The notes beneath the pieces were generated by a model that did not search any database, was not told where the DNA came from, and saw only the letters and a program-made list of their open reading frames with translations. A program made the position numbers and the translations under genes. Shown piece after piece: positions 1 through 14,400 of a stretch of 55,575 nt of DNA (position 1 is the stretch's first letter; the number at the start of each line of letters is the position of its first letter). The stretch is from Trichoplax sp. H2 (lineage: Eukaryota), in NCBI GenBank assembly GCA_003344405.1, contig NOWV01000163.1:124001-179575 (forward strand), written 5' to 3'.

Positions 1-3000
1 CCCACACTGATTTGAATGAAAGCATGACGACTAAAATTTGATGTACAGAAAATAAAACTGAACACGAATAATTCAACCTGTCATGCTTGAAAGACCTTCC
101 GTATTAGCTTTCAACACCTGCTAAGATCCAATCTGAGATCAATAGAAGCGTGAAAAGTAGGCCTGGCGATCAATAGCTTACCGATGTCTACATCATCTAT
201 AGATTGTGTTGTCACTAGCCGATGTTTACAAGATAATTGTTGTGACTTTATAGCATATTACTTTCCATAGTCCTGATAGACAACCTAGGATTTATTTGCT
301 AGATTCTTGTTCAAAGTTTCAGAGTAAAAGATTAAGAACCGTGCGATAGTATTGTTTAAGTTACGATGTCGCTGTTCTTATTTGTGTAGTCAACAGTGTC
401 GTAACCTGTAGTCTATCAATTTCTTCTTGAAGACAATTCGTTGTTGCTGATAGACAATGATCACATTGATTTCATAACAGATTGATCGATTGTCATTCTT
501 TGAATATGACAAGTAAATTGTTACAGTTATTGTCCAATCTTTACCAATTATTTATTACGTAGAATAGAGCTCTAGTTCATATAGGTAAGTTAGATGCATT
601 GGCCATTTATTATCGTTACGGATTACTTTCATGGTAGCCATCGAGACTAGATCCTGTGCACTGAATTACTTTGACAAACTTTGCGGCTTAAGAGAAGACA
701 TTAGACTTGAGTTTAATTAAAACTTCCCAGTTTGAGGTAAAGCATCTTTAAGAATCGTTCTACTATATTGTAATAACTAGAGATTGACATACAAAGTAAT
801 AAAGACTAAAACTACGCCAAAAAATTTTTCTGATTTTGTAACATTGACGTATCTATTAGGTTATTTTGATGACGATATACCAGTAGAGAATGTAATGCTT
901 CTAAAGTAGTATATGGCAAATAAAATTTTATCACCACAATTGTTTCTTCCCGTAGATAGTGGCGACATCTAGTTTTGATTTTATTCTCTTGGCATCATTG
1001 ACTACGACTTTATCTTCTTATCTTCTTATTGAGCACTTCCGCATTACTCATCTACATTAAATTTTATGTGGATTTCGTCTAGACGTCAAAGGAATTAATT
1101 ATTTAATTACTGATTTAAGGCTTTACCGTATTGAAATGTATATTTAAATTCAATTGATAATCTAGTCTGCAATAAAAGTCTCATAGTTTCATTTTTATCA
1201 TTAAAGTATGGAAAGAGATTGGAATGAGTGGTGTAATGCATCCCAGCATTCGTCTTTATTATTTATGGATCGAAACAGAATGATTTTATTCTCTTTACTT
1301 ATAACGTAATATTTTTACTAAGTGCTTTTAAGCCCTAAGGCTTATAGTAATAGAGAACAATTGGCGTTCTGTTTTATAGGTGCTAGTAAGGCCGCAAAAT
1401 TGTCATAAATTTAGATTACAATTGATAAATTAATTGATTTATCAACGCGTATGCGACGATTATTATCGCAACTATAGTAAAACTGATTATCGACTATTCG
1501 AGGTAAGACATCGACCAGTAATTGCTTGAATTAGACCTTTTTCGTGAAAAATATCAAACTATTAGTTATAACTGAATTAGAACGGAATTGTTATCATGGC
1601 TAGTAATTATGAAAGCAATTTATGTTAAAATGATATCCAACTTAAACTACCTCCAATTTAAACTCTAACATAGATAAGCCTTAGGATACTTCATGTTTGC
1701 TTGTTAAATCAGCTCATTGCTTTCTATTTTGTTGCCGGGATATAAAATTCTGTTTTACGTTAGAAATTCTATTAAATTTATGCAAGTATTGAATCTATTA
1801 ATATTAATTAAGTAAAGAAGAAGGCATGACGGTCCTACTGAAATATCAGCTTACGATCGTATCAATCAGTATGTATTGTTTTAGATTAGATTTCATTTTT
1901 AAATTGGTGTTATCCAATTCACCTGCTGAGTCTTTTACTTTAACATAAATATAAAGTATTAAAATCAAGTTCACCTCCTTTTATTAGAATTTCGAATACA
2001 TATAATTTATGGATAAAAGATCACTTAATTTAAGTCACAAAAGGCAATAAGTATATAGATAATTATCTGAATTTCAGAATAGAGATGGGACATGATTGTC
2101 TTCTATGGACATGGTTTCCATAAAGTTGCAACAGCATCAATTTCATGCCACTAAATATTATGCATTAAATTTAGACTTTGATAATTATAATGCGAGATAG
2201 TCTTATATCACAGCACATCAATTACAGAAGAGGTCTACACCTCTTTCATGGGAAGATGAAATTAACTAAGACGCTTAAATACCGCATTATTGACTTTATA
2301 TTGAGATGAAACAGGCAGCTATTTTGTAGGTCTACTGGAGGGAAAATCTCCTTTACAGATTTAGGGTAAAACTGTAACTACGGCTTAATCTGTCACACAA
2401 TTTTATGGTATATTCACAAACAATCGATTTGTCATCTTATTGCAGTCAATATTTTTAAATTTATTACGGAAAGCACTCACACTTACTTGACTCGATCCGA
2501 AGAAAGGTGTTCTGCTGAAAGATCAATCAAGGGCCATACGATTCATTAGTATGCAAAGTTGTATAATTCTAATAGTTACAATCAATATGATGATACATTA
2601 ATATTCGTCGAGATTTGAAGTAACTATTTAGTTTTAATCTTATTCTTAATTTCTCTATCAACGATTTTCTGAGTCTGCTTCTTAGCAATCCTTAATACGC
2701 ATTAATTAAATAATAAAGTGAGTCAAAAACTGTAGGGTTATAGGGCCTTCTTAATCGATACTTTCCTCTTAGCTGGAGATATAACCTTTAAATTCTTACT
2801 CGCTGGTTACATTAAATGCTATAGTATTTATTACTTTTTATCGGTAGTTGATACTGTAAGATGTGAAATCGTAATTACTAAGGCCAATTTTGCAATTTCC
2901 TGTCATAGTTTTGTGAGCAAGAATTTGATGTAGATGTAGCTCATTTAAATAACTCTTAAATCACTCTAATATCATTTGATTTTTACAAAGCTAATTTTGT

Positions 3001-3158
3001 ATAATGTAAATTTGGTTATTTATTACAAAAGCTAGTTCGATTTTAACTTAAAAAATCTTTTCAACTGACTGCATTATTTAATATCAATAATGCTAGGCTA
3101 TTCTGTTTTTATGTTCATAAGTATTCATATATTTTTTCTTCACTGTTTAGATTCAAAT

Positions 3159-4406
3159 ATGGCGTCTCAGCGAAATGGTGGTAATCTAAAATGTAGCGAT
3201 AGAAATTGCCCTAATGAGTGCATCTATTTTGACATCATAGAGAAAAACCCTATTATCAGTTTAAATAAAACCATCGAAGGACAAGATTTAGTTTCTGGTA
3301 TTTATATTGGCATTGGGATAATCGGAATTATTTTCAATGCTTTAGTTCTTGTGACTTTGAAAAAGAAGCAGGTATCTAAATCGAAGATTTTCCGTTCTTT
3401 AATGATGAATCTAGCAATTGCTGATTTATTTTCTGCGGCTGCAGTTTCTCTGCTTGGAATTAAAACAATTGCCATAATATTGAGTACCAAAAACATTAAC
3501 TTAATCAATGTACCATACCTTAGCGCCTTGTTCAATTATTCTTTGGAATTATCGAAGGGCACTAATGCTGTTTGTCAAGTCAGTTATATCTTTTTCTTCA
3601 TAACAAATTTTGTATCGACATTAACACTGACCTGCATGGGAATTGAGCGTTATCGTGCATTAATTGTTAATCAAATGTGTAAAGTTAGTGATGAAAGATC
3701 AGAAGCTTGGAAGATCCGTGGTCTGCTAGCTTCTATTTGGATAGTATCCACCGTCGGTTCCATTCCTTTTGCTTGGATGGTCGAGGTTACACCTAGAGTG
3801 TATAATCGATGTTTCTTTGCACATCATCATCCCTGTGGATATTGCCATTACAATTTAATTGTAACTATACTAACCACCTGTATATTTGGCTTAATACCAG
3901 CTGTTATCATGCTCTACTGTTATATTCACCTCGCTAGGTTTCTGCTTAAGTATGGGAAAGAACGTCGGGCATCATTTTCTCATCAGGACTCTGCAATAAT
4001 TAAGCGTTCTGCTCCAAATTCGCCTGCTGCTCAAAAATTGCGTGAAAAACAGGCTGCATTCTTATCCATCATTGTCGCATTCTTATTTTTATTAACCATG
4101 ACTCCATTTATTGCTTATTTGCTATTTATCTCCATTAGTCATTGCAATGGCGATGAAATATTGCACGTATTGAATGTCATGAAATCAAATCTATGGATTG
4201 GCATCGAGGCTGCTCATATGTTTTTCGTTTTACCACCTTTGCTTAATCCTATATGCTATTCTTTTTGTAACCGTAGCTTTCGACTTGCTCTAATGTCTTT
4301 ATGCAAGAAAATGACATTAGAAAATTCGCAATCTTCCACCAAAATCAGTTTATTGAGCTCTGTACGAAGTCATGTTGGATCACGTCGGTCACAGACCGAA
4401 TTATAA
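3159..4406 (+). CDS. Class A (rhodopsin-like) GPCR, cluster gene 1, orphan
   Basis: Seven hydrophobic segments with GIIFN (TM1), NLAIADL (TM2), Cys at the top of TM3 plus ERY, TM4 Trp, ECL2 Cys, CY at the end of TM5 and NPICY (TM7). The ORF track starts at 3090. ATG 3159 (MASQ) follows a pyrimidine tract ending in AG at 3150 and matches paralog N-terminal lengths. Confidence 0.95.
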   Translation: MASQRNGGNLKCSDRNCPNECIYFDIIEKNPIISLNKTIEGQDLVSGIYIGIGIIGIIFNALVLVTLKKKQVSKSKIFRSLMMNLAIADLFSAAAVSLLGIKTIAIILSTKNINLINVPYLSALFNYSLELSKGTNAVCQVSYIFFFITNFVSTLTLTCMGIERYRALIVNQMCKVSDERSEAWKIRGLLASIWIVSTVGSIPFAWMVEVTPRVYNRCFFAHHHPCGYCHYNLIVTILTTCIFGLIPAVIMLYCYIHLARFLLKYGKERRASFSHQDSAIIKRSAPNSPAAQKLREKQAAFLSIIVAFLFLLTMTPFIAYLLFISISHCNGDEILHVLNVMKSNLWIGIEAAHMFFVLPPLLNPICYSFCNRSFRLALMSLCKKMTLENSQSSTKISLLSSVRSHVGSRRSQTEL

Positions 4407-4955
4407 TCTTGTCGATTATTTCTACTGTAAGTCTCGTTAAAGCATTTGGAAGAAATTTAAATAGCTGGATAAATTTAGGTTGCGCATATTCGGCTTCCTT
4501 GACACTTTTGGGTTCTCCTTAAAGTCTTTATTTTTGGCGCGCACCTTTATAATTCAGTTGAGCTAATACTGTATAAATGCTTTCATATGATTTAGAATTT
4601 CCTTTGGTTTGGTGTATTTAGTCTCAGGAATTTCATTATACCAAATCTAGAGAACTTGGCTGATCAATTTATCTATAGCGCAAATTGACATAGCGTATAC
4701 CAAAGATTACGAATTGACGGATTTGAATTTTGGTCAACAGTATAGTTCAAATATTTCATCTAAGCATTTACCTAAAAGACAGTTTTAATTTCTCTTTCAA
4801 AACTTTTAAAATATTCTAAAAATATATGTCGCTTGACTGGAGCTATCGCTATTCTACTTTGAATTGAAATAAGAACTTACTCTATTCACAGCTGGAACAC
4901 GTGTATTGATTTGTCGCTTTAACAGTAAGGGCAATTTTGTATTTGACCATGTGGT

Positions 4956-5401
4956 TGTCACGGTACGAACTACCGTGAAGAAGTAGCTATCTAAATTTGG
5001 TCAATATAATATAGTGATAATATATTACAACTAGTTACTTACAATAGGAATTACTCTAATTATAAATGTGTTAGAGTTAATTAAATACTGTGCTGTAATG
5101 TGCACTGAAGTAATTCTGTGAATGGACGTCCATATTGTACTCCGACTGTGGAAAATTAGTTAGTAGATGTTCTCACCTAAGTATTTGTATAAGATGACTC
5201 ACGATTGTTAGCTGCTGTAGAAGGGTATATAAGCCCATCAGATAGTTGAATAAATTAGTTCTCAATTGTCTAGTTAAGTTTAACGTAGAATCAAAGGCGC
5301 CTAAATTCTTGTGAGATAGTTAAGGGATACTGAATCCCAGAGACTATAGTAATTTAGAGATTTGTTTTACGTTATCTTTGTCACGAAGCTGGTTTATGAC
5401 A
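4956..5401 (+). mobile_element. Solo LTR-like element, family A, copy 1
   Basis: TGTCAC...TGACA ends, flanked by GTGGT/GTGGC (5-bp TSD, 1 mismatch). Internal TATATAA and AATAAA (5249). Aligns to five other segments in the window. Confidence 0.88.
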
Positions 5402-8400
5402 GTGGCAAATATCCTAAATTGTGTTTTCATTTAATTGATATGTGGTTATTAATTTAATGCTTAACTGGGTTTGATTTAAATCTACATTAAATGTAAAATT
5501 AACAGAGTTTTCAATAATTACGGACTATCGTGATGATTTATAATAGGGATACCGGTATATAATCTGACATAAATATATTTGATGTCCGAGTAATTCACTA
5601 ACATTAATATTTGATTCATTGGTACAAGCTGAAGATCTTGCTTGAAATATTTATCCCGTACAATAAAATAGTTAAATTTACATTTCCGGTTTAAGTTATA
5701 CGTACGTATGATTCGTTATGATTCGAATTATTTTAATCATTCAATTATGTTATGAAAGATAAAATTTTAATTGCGTATATCTCACCAATTTAAATTATCG
5801 ATTGTTATTAATTCGCTATAATTACTTGAACCAAATCTACGTTTGAATAAATACGAGGTATTGTACTTCGAAGTGTTTGTGTTTATCAATTATTTACAAA
5901 AAAGCATGTTGCAGAGCCATTGCTAACTAACTTGTACAATAATTCTAAGGTCAATACCCTTTCAAATGCATATCAATTTTTTAATTTATATTATTTGGAT
6001 TTATGAACACCCTTACAGCAGGTATGGAATAAGGTTTGATAATTATTCCTGCCAAGAATGATTCTATTTATTAGTTTAAACAGCTAGAAATTAAACGTTT
6101 ATAAACTTTGGCATGATAAAGCAAAGACCTGCTACGATTATATTTCAATTCAATTTGACTTTAAAAAATTCTTTCCAAAGACCTCGAGCTAATGAGTAAT
6201 CCACGATAATAAGGTAAATGGAAGTCAATAGAAAGATTGAAAAAAAAAACTTGGTAAAATTACAGGACTACATTGATTTAAAACAATTACAGAAATAGTG
6301 TTGTAATAAGTACTAATTTCAACCCTACAGTATCCAGTTACATAACTCAGTAAGCCCTTAACGTAGCGTTTAAAAATGTTTATTAATTAAAATCCTCTAG
6401 CTGCATATTGAAATAGTAGAATTTAAGATAAGGCAACTACGCACATTGGCAGCTCAAGGCTATCGACCTACCTCCCATCCAAAGGAGTTGGTCTTTTATA
6501 CATTCCTAAAAAGGATTATTGACTAACATGTTATCAAATCCCCGTTTCCATCAATTTAAGTAAAATCCTACTTAACCTTTCCCGTACTGTTCTTAACTCT
6601 ACTTAACATAAGTAAAAAATAGTGCGAGGGAGAATAGTTTTAATGCTTATTAAGGTAACGATAGATGATAGCTGAATAGACTAAATTTGAGGTCAATAGG
6701 TTGCAAACCTTAGACATCAAAAACTCGTCCATGACAAGAATGTTTCTTACATCATTTTACTCTTGAAAGTGAAATATCTTCTTAGGGGACAGTCATAAAA
6801 AGAACAGAACTTATAGCTAAGTTTGATTTGCTCTTGCAAAGTGGATAGTTTTAATCTTTCTGATGTAATCTAAATCCAACGGAATCGAAAAAATGAAATA
6901 GTCTTGGGAATTTCCATTTTATCGTCATGACGTTGTTTCTATTGATGGATTGAACAATTTCACGTTGATCGTAAAAATCTAAAGCAACTTGTAGTAAAGA
7001 TAATTCTTAAGGACCTAGAGTAAATCAGATTAATTGGATTTGAAACCGGAAGTAAGATTTATTACAATAAAATCAATCGTAACTGTAATCTTAATAAACT
7101 ATAACATGAAGAACTCTCGATCCAGTGTACCCTTTAAAAAACTACTGATGACCATTGGTTGTTATATTTAGCCTAATTCTATTTCAATTTATTTTCCGTA
7201 ATCACTGAATAGAGAATTGAATGGGCAATTAGGTATAAAGCAGAAGTTAAATACGCTCCAGCAGAGTGAATAGGTCTGTAAAATATGCATTGATCCTAAA
7301 CTATTCACGGTCTAGCCATTCTCTTATGTATCGTATTCTAGTTACGCTAATATGATCAATTCATTCCAAGATAATCAATTATTCTTATTGTGAGGCCTAT
7401 TTTTGAAGGTTATGACAAATTTCTTAATAATAAATACGCTTAATGAGTTTATTAGTTGTACCTTATTAAAACAAAACAATAATCTAGTCTTATTGTTCAA
7501 TTTCAGAGAAATCAAACCATTTATCTATTGAGCTTAAAAGAACCATTACTTCAACGTAGTCATTACATTAGTCAGTTATCAGCAAGCCTACCAAGGTTAA
7601 TGTCTATTAGAGACAAAAATTAAATTCAAAGAATTACAACAAAACTCCATCTTGGGAAAAAGGTGAGCTTAATTTGAGTGTTAAATTGGTAATAAATGGA
7701 TATAATTTTGTCGCAATCATTATACGGTTGGGATAACGATCATGGTTATAGTCTAAGTTAAATAATATCCTAAAAAATAGGCAAAGACATAGGCAGCATT
7801 ATTAATAGATTTCAAGATTACAAATAGGCCTTTATTCCCCTGAAAGACATCATTTCCTTCTCTGGATGCTATTTAATTATATATTATCAAGCAAATTTTG
7901 TTGAAATTAAGTTGTTATTGCTTCTTTACTAGACTATACCAGCTGGGAAATAGCAGGGCTACAACTAAAAGCCTTTTTTGTTTGCAAATAATTGAGGCTT
8001 CCTCAATGCTTTTACTTTACCAGTTTAGGTAGTGATTTCCGTTAATATCATGACTTATGTTAGCTGAAATTAAATTTGCTCAAATTTGTCCGTCTTGAAT
8101 AAACTAATTCAAGAATTATGTTTAGAAGTTATACATAAAAAAGGTGATTGTAAGATTTCATATCATCATAAGTTTAGGAAAATTGGATCACTTTATATAA
8201 TAATGTAAGGATTCTTGGTTACGGTCGTAATAAACCACTAGATCTTTCCTAACATTTACTCTAGCTGGATAATTTACCTATACTTCGATAAATTACTCGG
8301 TTTTAATTGGCAATTGGAAGTAAATTAATCACTTAACGTATCATTTGACTTTATCTTTAGTCAGTTTGAAAGTATGAACGACAAGTTATAAAAGGCTTTC

Positions 8401-10350
8401 AACTAGCGATGCTTTTAAATCCAAACAATCAAATTTTCATAAGTTTTATTATATTTCTCTTCATCATCCGTTGGAATGATCTAATTCGGTTCTACATATA
8501 CTGTGTGTCGTTTTCTAAAGTCCGACTTATTTTAGTTGCTTTTAACATTACTGCATGTATTAGAATTCATATTACTAAGAGAAGTTTACCACCTTTACCA
8601 CATGAATAAAAAGTCTGATAATATAGTGAATAAAAATGACTTTTAAACGATTATTGGCCGATGCTTAATCGATGATTAAATAATTAAATGATTTGAGAAA
8701 ACATGGGTAAAATATGAAGCAGAACGTGTGGTTTTGATATCCGTCTGGTAACAACGTTATTTACGCTTTCTTGATGCCTGGATGAGTCTAATTGCAATCA
8801 CCGTGTAATCTTTACAATCTTAATTTTAATTTTTGCTGCTGTTATTGGAGATTCGTCAGAATTTAAAATATCAAAGACTTAAAGAAACGATCGCATACAC
8901 CAAAAATTCTGAATTAGAGCAATTGGCTAGTGCCGTTATCATTTGATAATGTGCATACTTTCTACTAATTGAGTAGATTGATTGTTTTAGTTTCTTTTGA
9001 TTCTTGCTCTAAGCATTCGAAGGCCTCAACCACGGCCGTATATCTCACTTTGATATGCCAAAGTAGTGAAAGCATTAAAATACGCCATGATCACAAATAC
9101 AATATGCCGTGCTGAGTAATGTTGATGATCTGCGGATCGTTAGGATCGTTAAATTGAAAAGATTCTATGTACTCGTTATCTCACTCTGAGAGATTTTCGA
9201 TATCGAATTCTTGATAGAGGATGCTAAAAAGCTGTTGTCTTACAATGTTAACCGTGATAGTAATCCGAAATTTTAAGGGAAACTCTACAAAATTTGAATT
9301 TTTAAACTAAAACAAGTGTCTTTTAACTTTCTGCTTGCTAGCACACCGATAATCGACTTCCTGTTCTAGAATTACAAGAATGTAGTCCTCTTCCTATTTT
9401 GTGCTTAATCTCGATTCATTCACTCTATCTCCACTTAATCCAATTATAAGCTCGCATATTAAGCTGTATACTATTTTATTTGCACCATTACTATTACGAT
9501 GCATTTCATCTTCTAACGAGGGATTTACTTAAGTAATTTATGTCTAAATAACAGTAACCCGCTATATATTGTTACACAGACCGTTGATGATCAAAGTTAT
9601 GACATCATCCATTCATGATGGAGGTTCTGTTATTCTGAGCAGCGACAAATATTAAATCATGTGATGGAATCTTTTTATTACGCTAATTATTTCGTGCTTA
9701 CTAGAATACAGTATAACCTATTATGACTAATAAATACCACGATAAAGAAAGGCGGTACTGAAGGTAGTATCAATTGCATGTTAAATAGATTATCATTTCA
9801 TGATACGAATGTAACCTAATCTGTTTAACCTCAGGAAAGGATTAACAAAATCTTACAGCCACCATTTACCTATCAGTTTCGCTAATTTTGCATTCATATT
9901 ATAATTTTACAAACAAATTATGTACATAATCTTATTTTCTGAAGCTCGATTTACAAAGTGTATTTACTTTCCAGTGTCTATGCGTACCTGCTGCAGTTTA
10001 CACTTTAGTAAAATTGGATGAAATTTTTAAATTAGTAAAGGATGGAATGATTGACAATGCATGTCTACTGCATGGCTTATCGTAGTACAGCAAAGTAGGG
10101 CGTATGATTTTTAAGTAATACAATTCTTGATATTTTCCTTAATCTCGTAAAGTAATATTAGAATTGATGAATTGATTCATAATTATCATTGACTTGAAAG
10201 AATATGTGATATATGAACTTTATAGATGAGGACATATACGAAATTCGTTTTAATATCTTGGGTACATTGCTAGTACAATAGCATTAAAAGTTCCTTTTCA
10301 TTTTTACTATCTTAGTCTAGATTCTTAATTTAGCAATTTCAAATTGAACC

Positions 10351-11496
10351 ATGGCGGATGTGTGTAACAGGAATTGCTCATTTTATGGTCCCTATTTAAA
10401 TTCGAAAAATTTTAACAAAAATCAAATTGTCAAAGGCCAAGATGTTATTGCATACACCTATATTGGCATTGGCATACTTGGATGTCTGTTAAATATTATT
10501 GTCCTCTTTACTTTGTTGAAATTCCAACTGACAAAATCCAATGTATTTCGAATGTTGCTAAGGAATCTTGCCCTAGCTGATTTTTTATCATCAATTGGCG
10601 TTATATTAGTTGGTGCTAAAACATTAATAATTATAGACGTTATATCAAACCTTAAAAGCCTATCTGATAGCTTGGATGAAAAAATACTGGCTAGTTTAAC
10701 AAATATGTGCAGAGCAAGTTATGTTATTTTTTTCATCACGAATTTCTTGTCTGGTTTAACGATAACCGTTATGGCAGTAGAACGTTATCTTGTAATTATA
10801 GTTCGCAAATTTCGAGGGCTTTACCAAAATGATTTAAAACCATGGAAACTATATGTGTTGTTGGCAGGCATTTGGGCCACTGCAATCGCAGGATCCATAC
10901 CATACTTTATAAGCTTTGAAATTACAGATAGAGTGAACAATCGATGTTTTTTCTCTATTGATACTTCCATGGTTAGCTGTATCTATAATATTATACTTAC
11001 TATATCTACTACAAGTGTACTTTGTGTAGCACCTTCCTTTGTTATGGTATTTTGTTATTTCAAGATTGCTCGATATCTATTTAGCCATCGCCGGCCCGAT
11101 ACTGAAGTAAATAGACGTAGAAATGGCCAAAATTTTACCGCTGATAAACAAGCCGGCTTAATATCAATTTTGATTGCCATTTTCTTTATCCTTAGTATGA
11201 CACCTTTTATGGCTTATTTAATTTTTGTTTCGATAAATTACTGTAACGCAGACGAAGTAATAGTCTATTGGATCAATTCCAAATCTTACTTTTGGATTAC
11301 AGCTCACGAAATAGCGCACTATCTATTTATTCTGCCGCCGATCATTAATCCTCTTTGCTATTCATTTAGTAGTACTCAATTTCGAAGAGCAATAAATTTC
11401 TCATGCAAGGATAAATTAAAAAAGACACGTATGGCCATTAATTTATCATTACCATCATTTAGACGTGAATCAAGAACACTGAGTACCTCATTTTAG
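10351..11496 (+). CDS. Class A GPCR, cluster gene 2 (same subfamily as gene 1)
   Basis: GCLLN, NLALADF, ERY, NRCFF, CNADE and NPLCY motifs; 7 TM segments; accATGG start context. Confidence 0.96.
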   Translation: MADVCNRNCSFYGPYLNSKNFNKNQIVKGQDVIAYTYIGIGILGCLLNIIVLFTLLKFQLTKSNVFRMLLRNLALADFLSSIGVILVGAKTLIIIDVISNLKSLSDSLDEKILASLTNMCRASYVIFFITNFLSGLTITVMAVERYLVIIVRKFRGLYQNDLKPWKLYVLLAGIWATAIAGSIPYFISFEITDRVNNRCFFSIDTSMVSCIYNIILTISTTSVLCVAPSFVMVFCYFKIARYLFSHRRPDTEVNRRRNGQNFTADKQAGLISILIAIFFILSMTPFMAYLIFVSINYCNADEVIVYWINSKSYFWITAHEIAHYLFILPPIINPLCYSFSSTQFRRAINFSCKDKLKKTRMAINLSLPSFRRESRTLSTSF

Positions 11497-14400
11497 TTTT
11501 ACACTTAAATTCTCATAAACTATCTTTACTATAAGCATGGATGAAATTAAAGAAGAATAGCAAAAATTAGTATATACGGTAAAGTAAATGTTAATTTTAC
11601 TTAATTAACGCGTTTATATTAAATTATACTTCTAAATGCTAAATCGTTTTGTCCCCAATTATTTCTGTGCTTGTTAATTACAGGTATGGAAGTTGATCTT
11701 ACGAAAATTTTATGTATTAAAGTAGAAAATACAGCACTTTTATTATAAATCCTTGCGATTAAGCATAATACCTCTATCAGTAAGATGATAACTTTTGAAC
11801 AGCAGTAATGGATACAAATATGCAACTGCATCTTATAGTTAGTAATTTGATATGGTTAAGGCTCGACCGGAGCCTCTGGAAGTCAAGCAGAGGTAAAACT
11901 TCTTGTAGCCTGTATTATTATCGGACTTTAAATCGATGATACGTATTTTCTGATAAGAAACCAAAATGTGAAGGTTGTGCTGTTCTATAGCATACGACCT
12001 AGTATTTATTTTATTTTTCTAATTAATCTATACAATAAAACTCGTATTGCATTCTTTCCTTGAAATCCTTTGCGATTTTTGCTTTGATATTTTGGTAATT
12101 AAAAACTGTCACATTTTAATACATTTCTTCTTCATTGCAAGTATTAGGTTGAGATAATTACAAGAATCTAAAATTTGTAGAATATATTCATAAAGCCATT
12201 TTAATTTGTTAATTGTCAACTCTTTGAGAAAATGCGAAAAGAACGACATATCTCTAACTTGTTATTTACGTCTAGAACTTCGGATGCAAAAGTTATGAAC
12301 TTTACTAATAAGCTTTTAAATTACGTATCATACCTCTATTTTTCATCCTACTTAATTAAAATTGATTTTATGCCATTTCTCTAAATTATAAAATAGTGGA
12401 GTCTAGCAACATTAATACACAAATATACAAATATACTAATGGACTAATGGACTAAAGTAATTATGATCTTTAAATTTTGAATCGTCATTACTCTTATCGT
12501 CCGTTACATTTCAAATCTACTTCACGTAGTTTCACCTTAATTATAAAATTGTACGGTAATGCATTATTATCATATTAGCAGCTGTAGTTACCTTCGTGTA
12601 GAAATACAGAATTCGAGCTTAGAATTTATTGACAGATATAGTGATTTACTTGAGTATAAGACTCAGATGAAGCTAGCCTTTTAATCATCTTCGCCCAAAA
12701 TATATTTGATTACAAACGTTTCACTATCTCAAATATCTATCTATTCCATGTTTTACTCTGATCTTGATCTTTTGGGTTATCCCGTTACAATGAAAATTTA
12801 GTTTGCATGATAGATAAGACGATTTACGATACCTATCTGCCCTTTTCTAAACGATCCTTAGTTATAGATAAGACCTTATGTGTTAGCTATAACTTTAGTA
12901 AACTTCTTATTATAGTTTTAACAGTGGAAAATTATTAGGTGATAGTCCGCCTTGTCATAAATCATCGTTAGTCCAGAGCGAGTAATTCAATTTCTTTCTA
13001 TTTGCGGATCAACCTAAAGATACATAAAAATATTACGGTTTCATGTCTGCAAATCTGAATTTAAGGTAATAATATATCTTGCAATAAATTATCGTCTACC
13101 CTTAGCAAGTAATTGAATTTCTTCCTAGTAACACAACTGGATCGGCCTAAAGATTTATAGAAATATTGCAATTCATCTCCCATTCCAACTTACTTTTTGA
13201 AAACATGATACATTATCCCAATTGGGCAGCTAATTCTGTTCGGCAACAGTTTGTATGGAAATTAAGGATAACTTACGTATTCTTATAAGATCAGAAACAT
13301 TTTAACAGTCATCTATTGTTCCTAATCCACTAGTATGCAATTTAGTAAACATCGAGTTCATGTAGGCCTATCGAAGCTTTTTCATATATCATTGCAACTA
13401 ATAGTAGACTGTAATTGTCAATTTGCTTAGCAACATAAGCATAATCATTCCGCGACGGTAGTATTATATAGACTAATTAAGTGTGCAATTGTTCATTTAT
13501 AAAGGATTTATTGATCATCGATCGTTAGATGATTGTTTATTTTCCTTAGTCGAAAGTATATTGATTTACTGTTGATAACAGACCGATTATCATTTGGATT
13601 AATATAATAACTAGTTGGCATTGACAGCTTCATATTGGCTGATTTAGCATTCCATCAGAAAACTTGCAGATGTTAAAACTCCATCAAAATTAAACATTTT
13701 GGACGTACAGTAAGTTTTGATAGCCTAATTTCATTCTATGTAAAGATTTATTATATGTTACCTTAATCACTCGAAATTCTGTACATAGTGCTGGAAAAAT
13801 TTTTGTTTAATCGTGCTATTGAAATTTTTATTCGATAAAGTACGAATTTTATGGTAGTATTTGAATTCTTTACTCTTTATTCAAATAACGATAATCAAAA
13901 TTCGAGTGACGATCAAGTGTGCAAAAAAGTTGATTAATTAGTGCCTAAACTGGATTTAATTTTAAATGATAGCTTTAGTGTTTGAGTAAGATGCAATCAT
14001 CAAGTGTTCCTACACCCTCTATCGATGATTGTTTACCTTAGCAAATATAGACTTGGCAGATTTATCTATTCCATGAATTGAGTTCCGCGACGGTATAATA
14101 TATGTCATATAAATACGAACATAACTGATTGTTTAGTAAGAGTGTTCTCAGTTATACTGAAAGAACTAGTTTAAATCAACGATTTAAGTGTTATAAGTGC
14201 AATGATATTGCTCTAGTGGCTAGTTATTGGCCACTAGCCCAAAGTTCCAGTTTAAATTTGAAGTTAAAGAAAGTTTTTATCAATCTTGTTTAAGTTCATT
14301 TGCATCATCAAACAATTTTTGCTACTTGTTTGATATTGGATTTATGTGTACTAGGCTAATGGAGGATAAAGATGATTACTTGAATGCTTGTGCTAAACTT

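Noticed and set aside
3090-3158. N-terminal extension of gene 1 that resembles a signal peptide
   Set aside because: It is the translation of a T-rich, acceptor-like tract, and paralogs start at the equivalent of ATG 3159.
3302-3535. Short ORFs overlapping or adjoining GPCR genes (also 4301-4522, 33431-33730, 34565-34819, 34617-34802, 38799-38993)
   Set aside because: Shadow frames of the real CDSs or UTR ORFs with no recognisable domains.
13448-14105. TTCCGCGACGGTA present twice with nearby GATGATTGTTTA matches
   Set aside because: Too short, and the blocks are not colinear; at most a decayed repeat.
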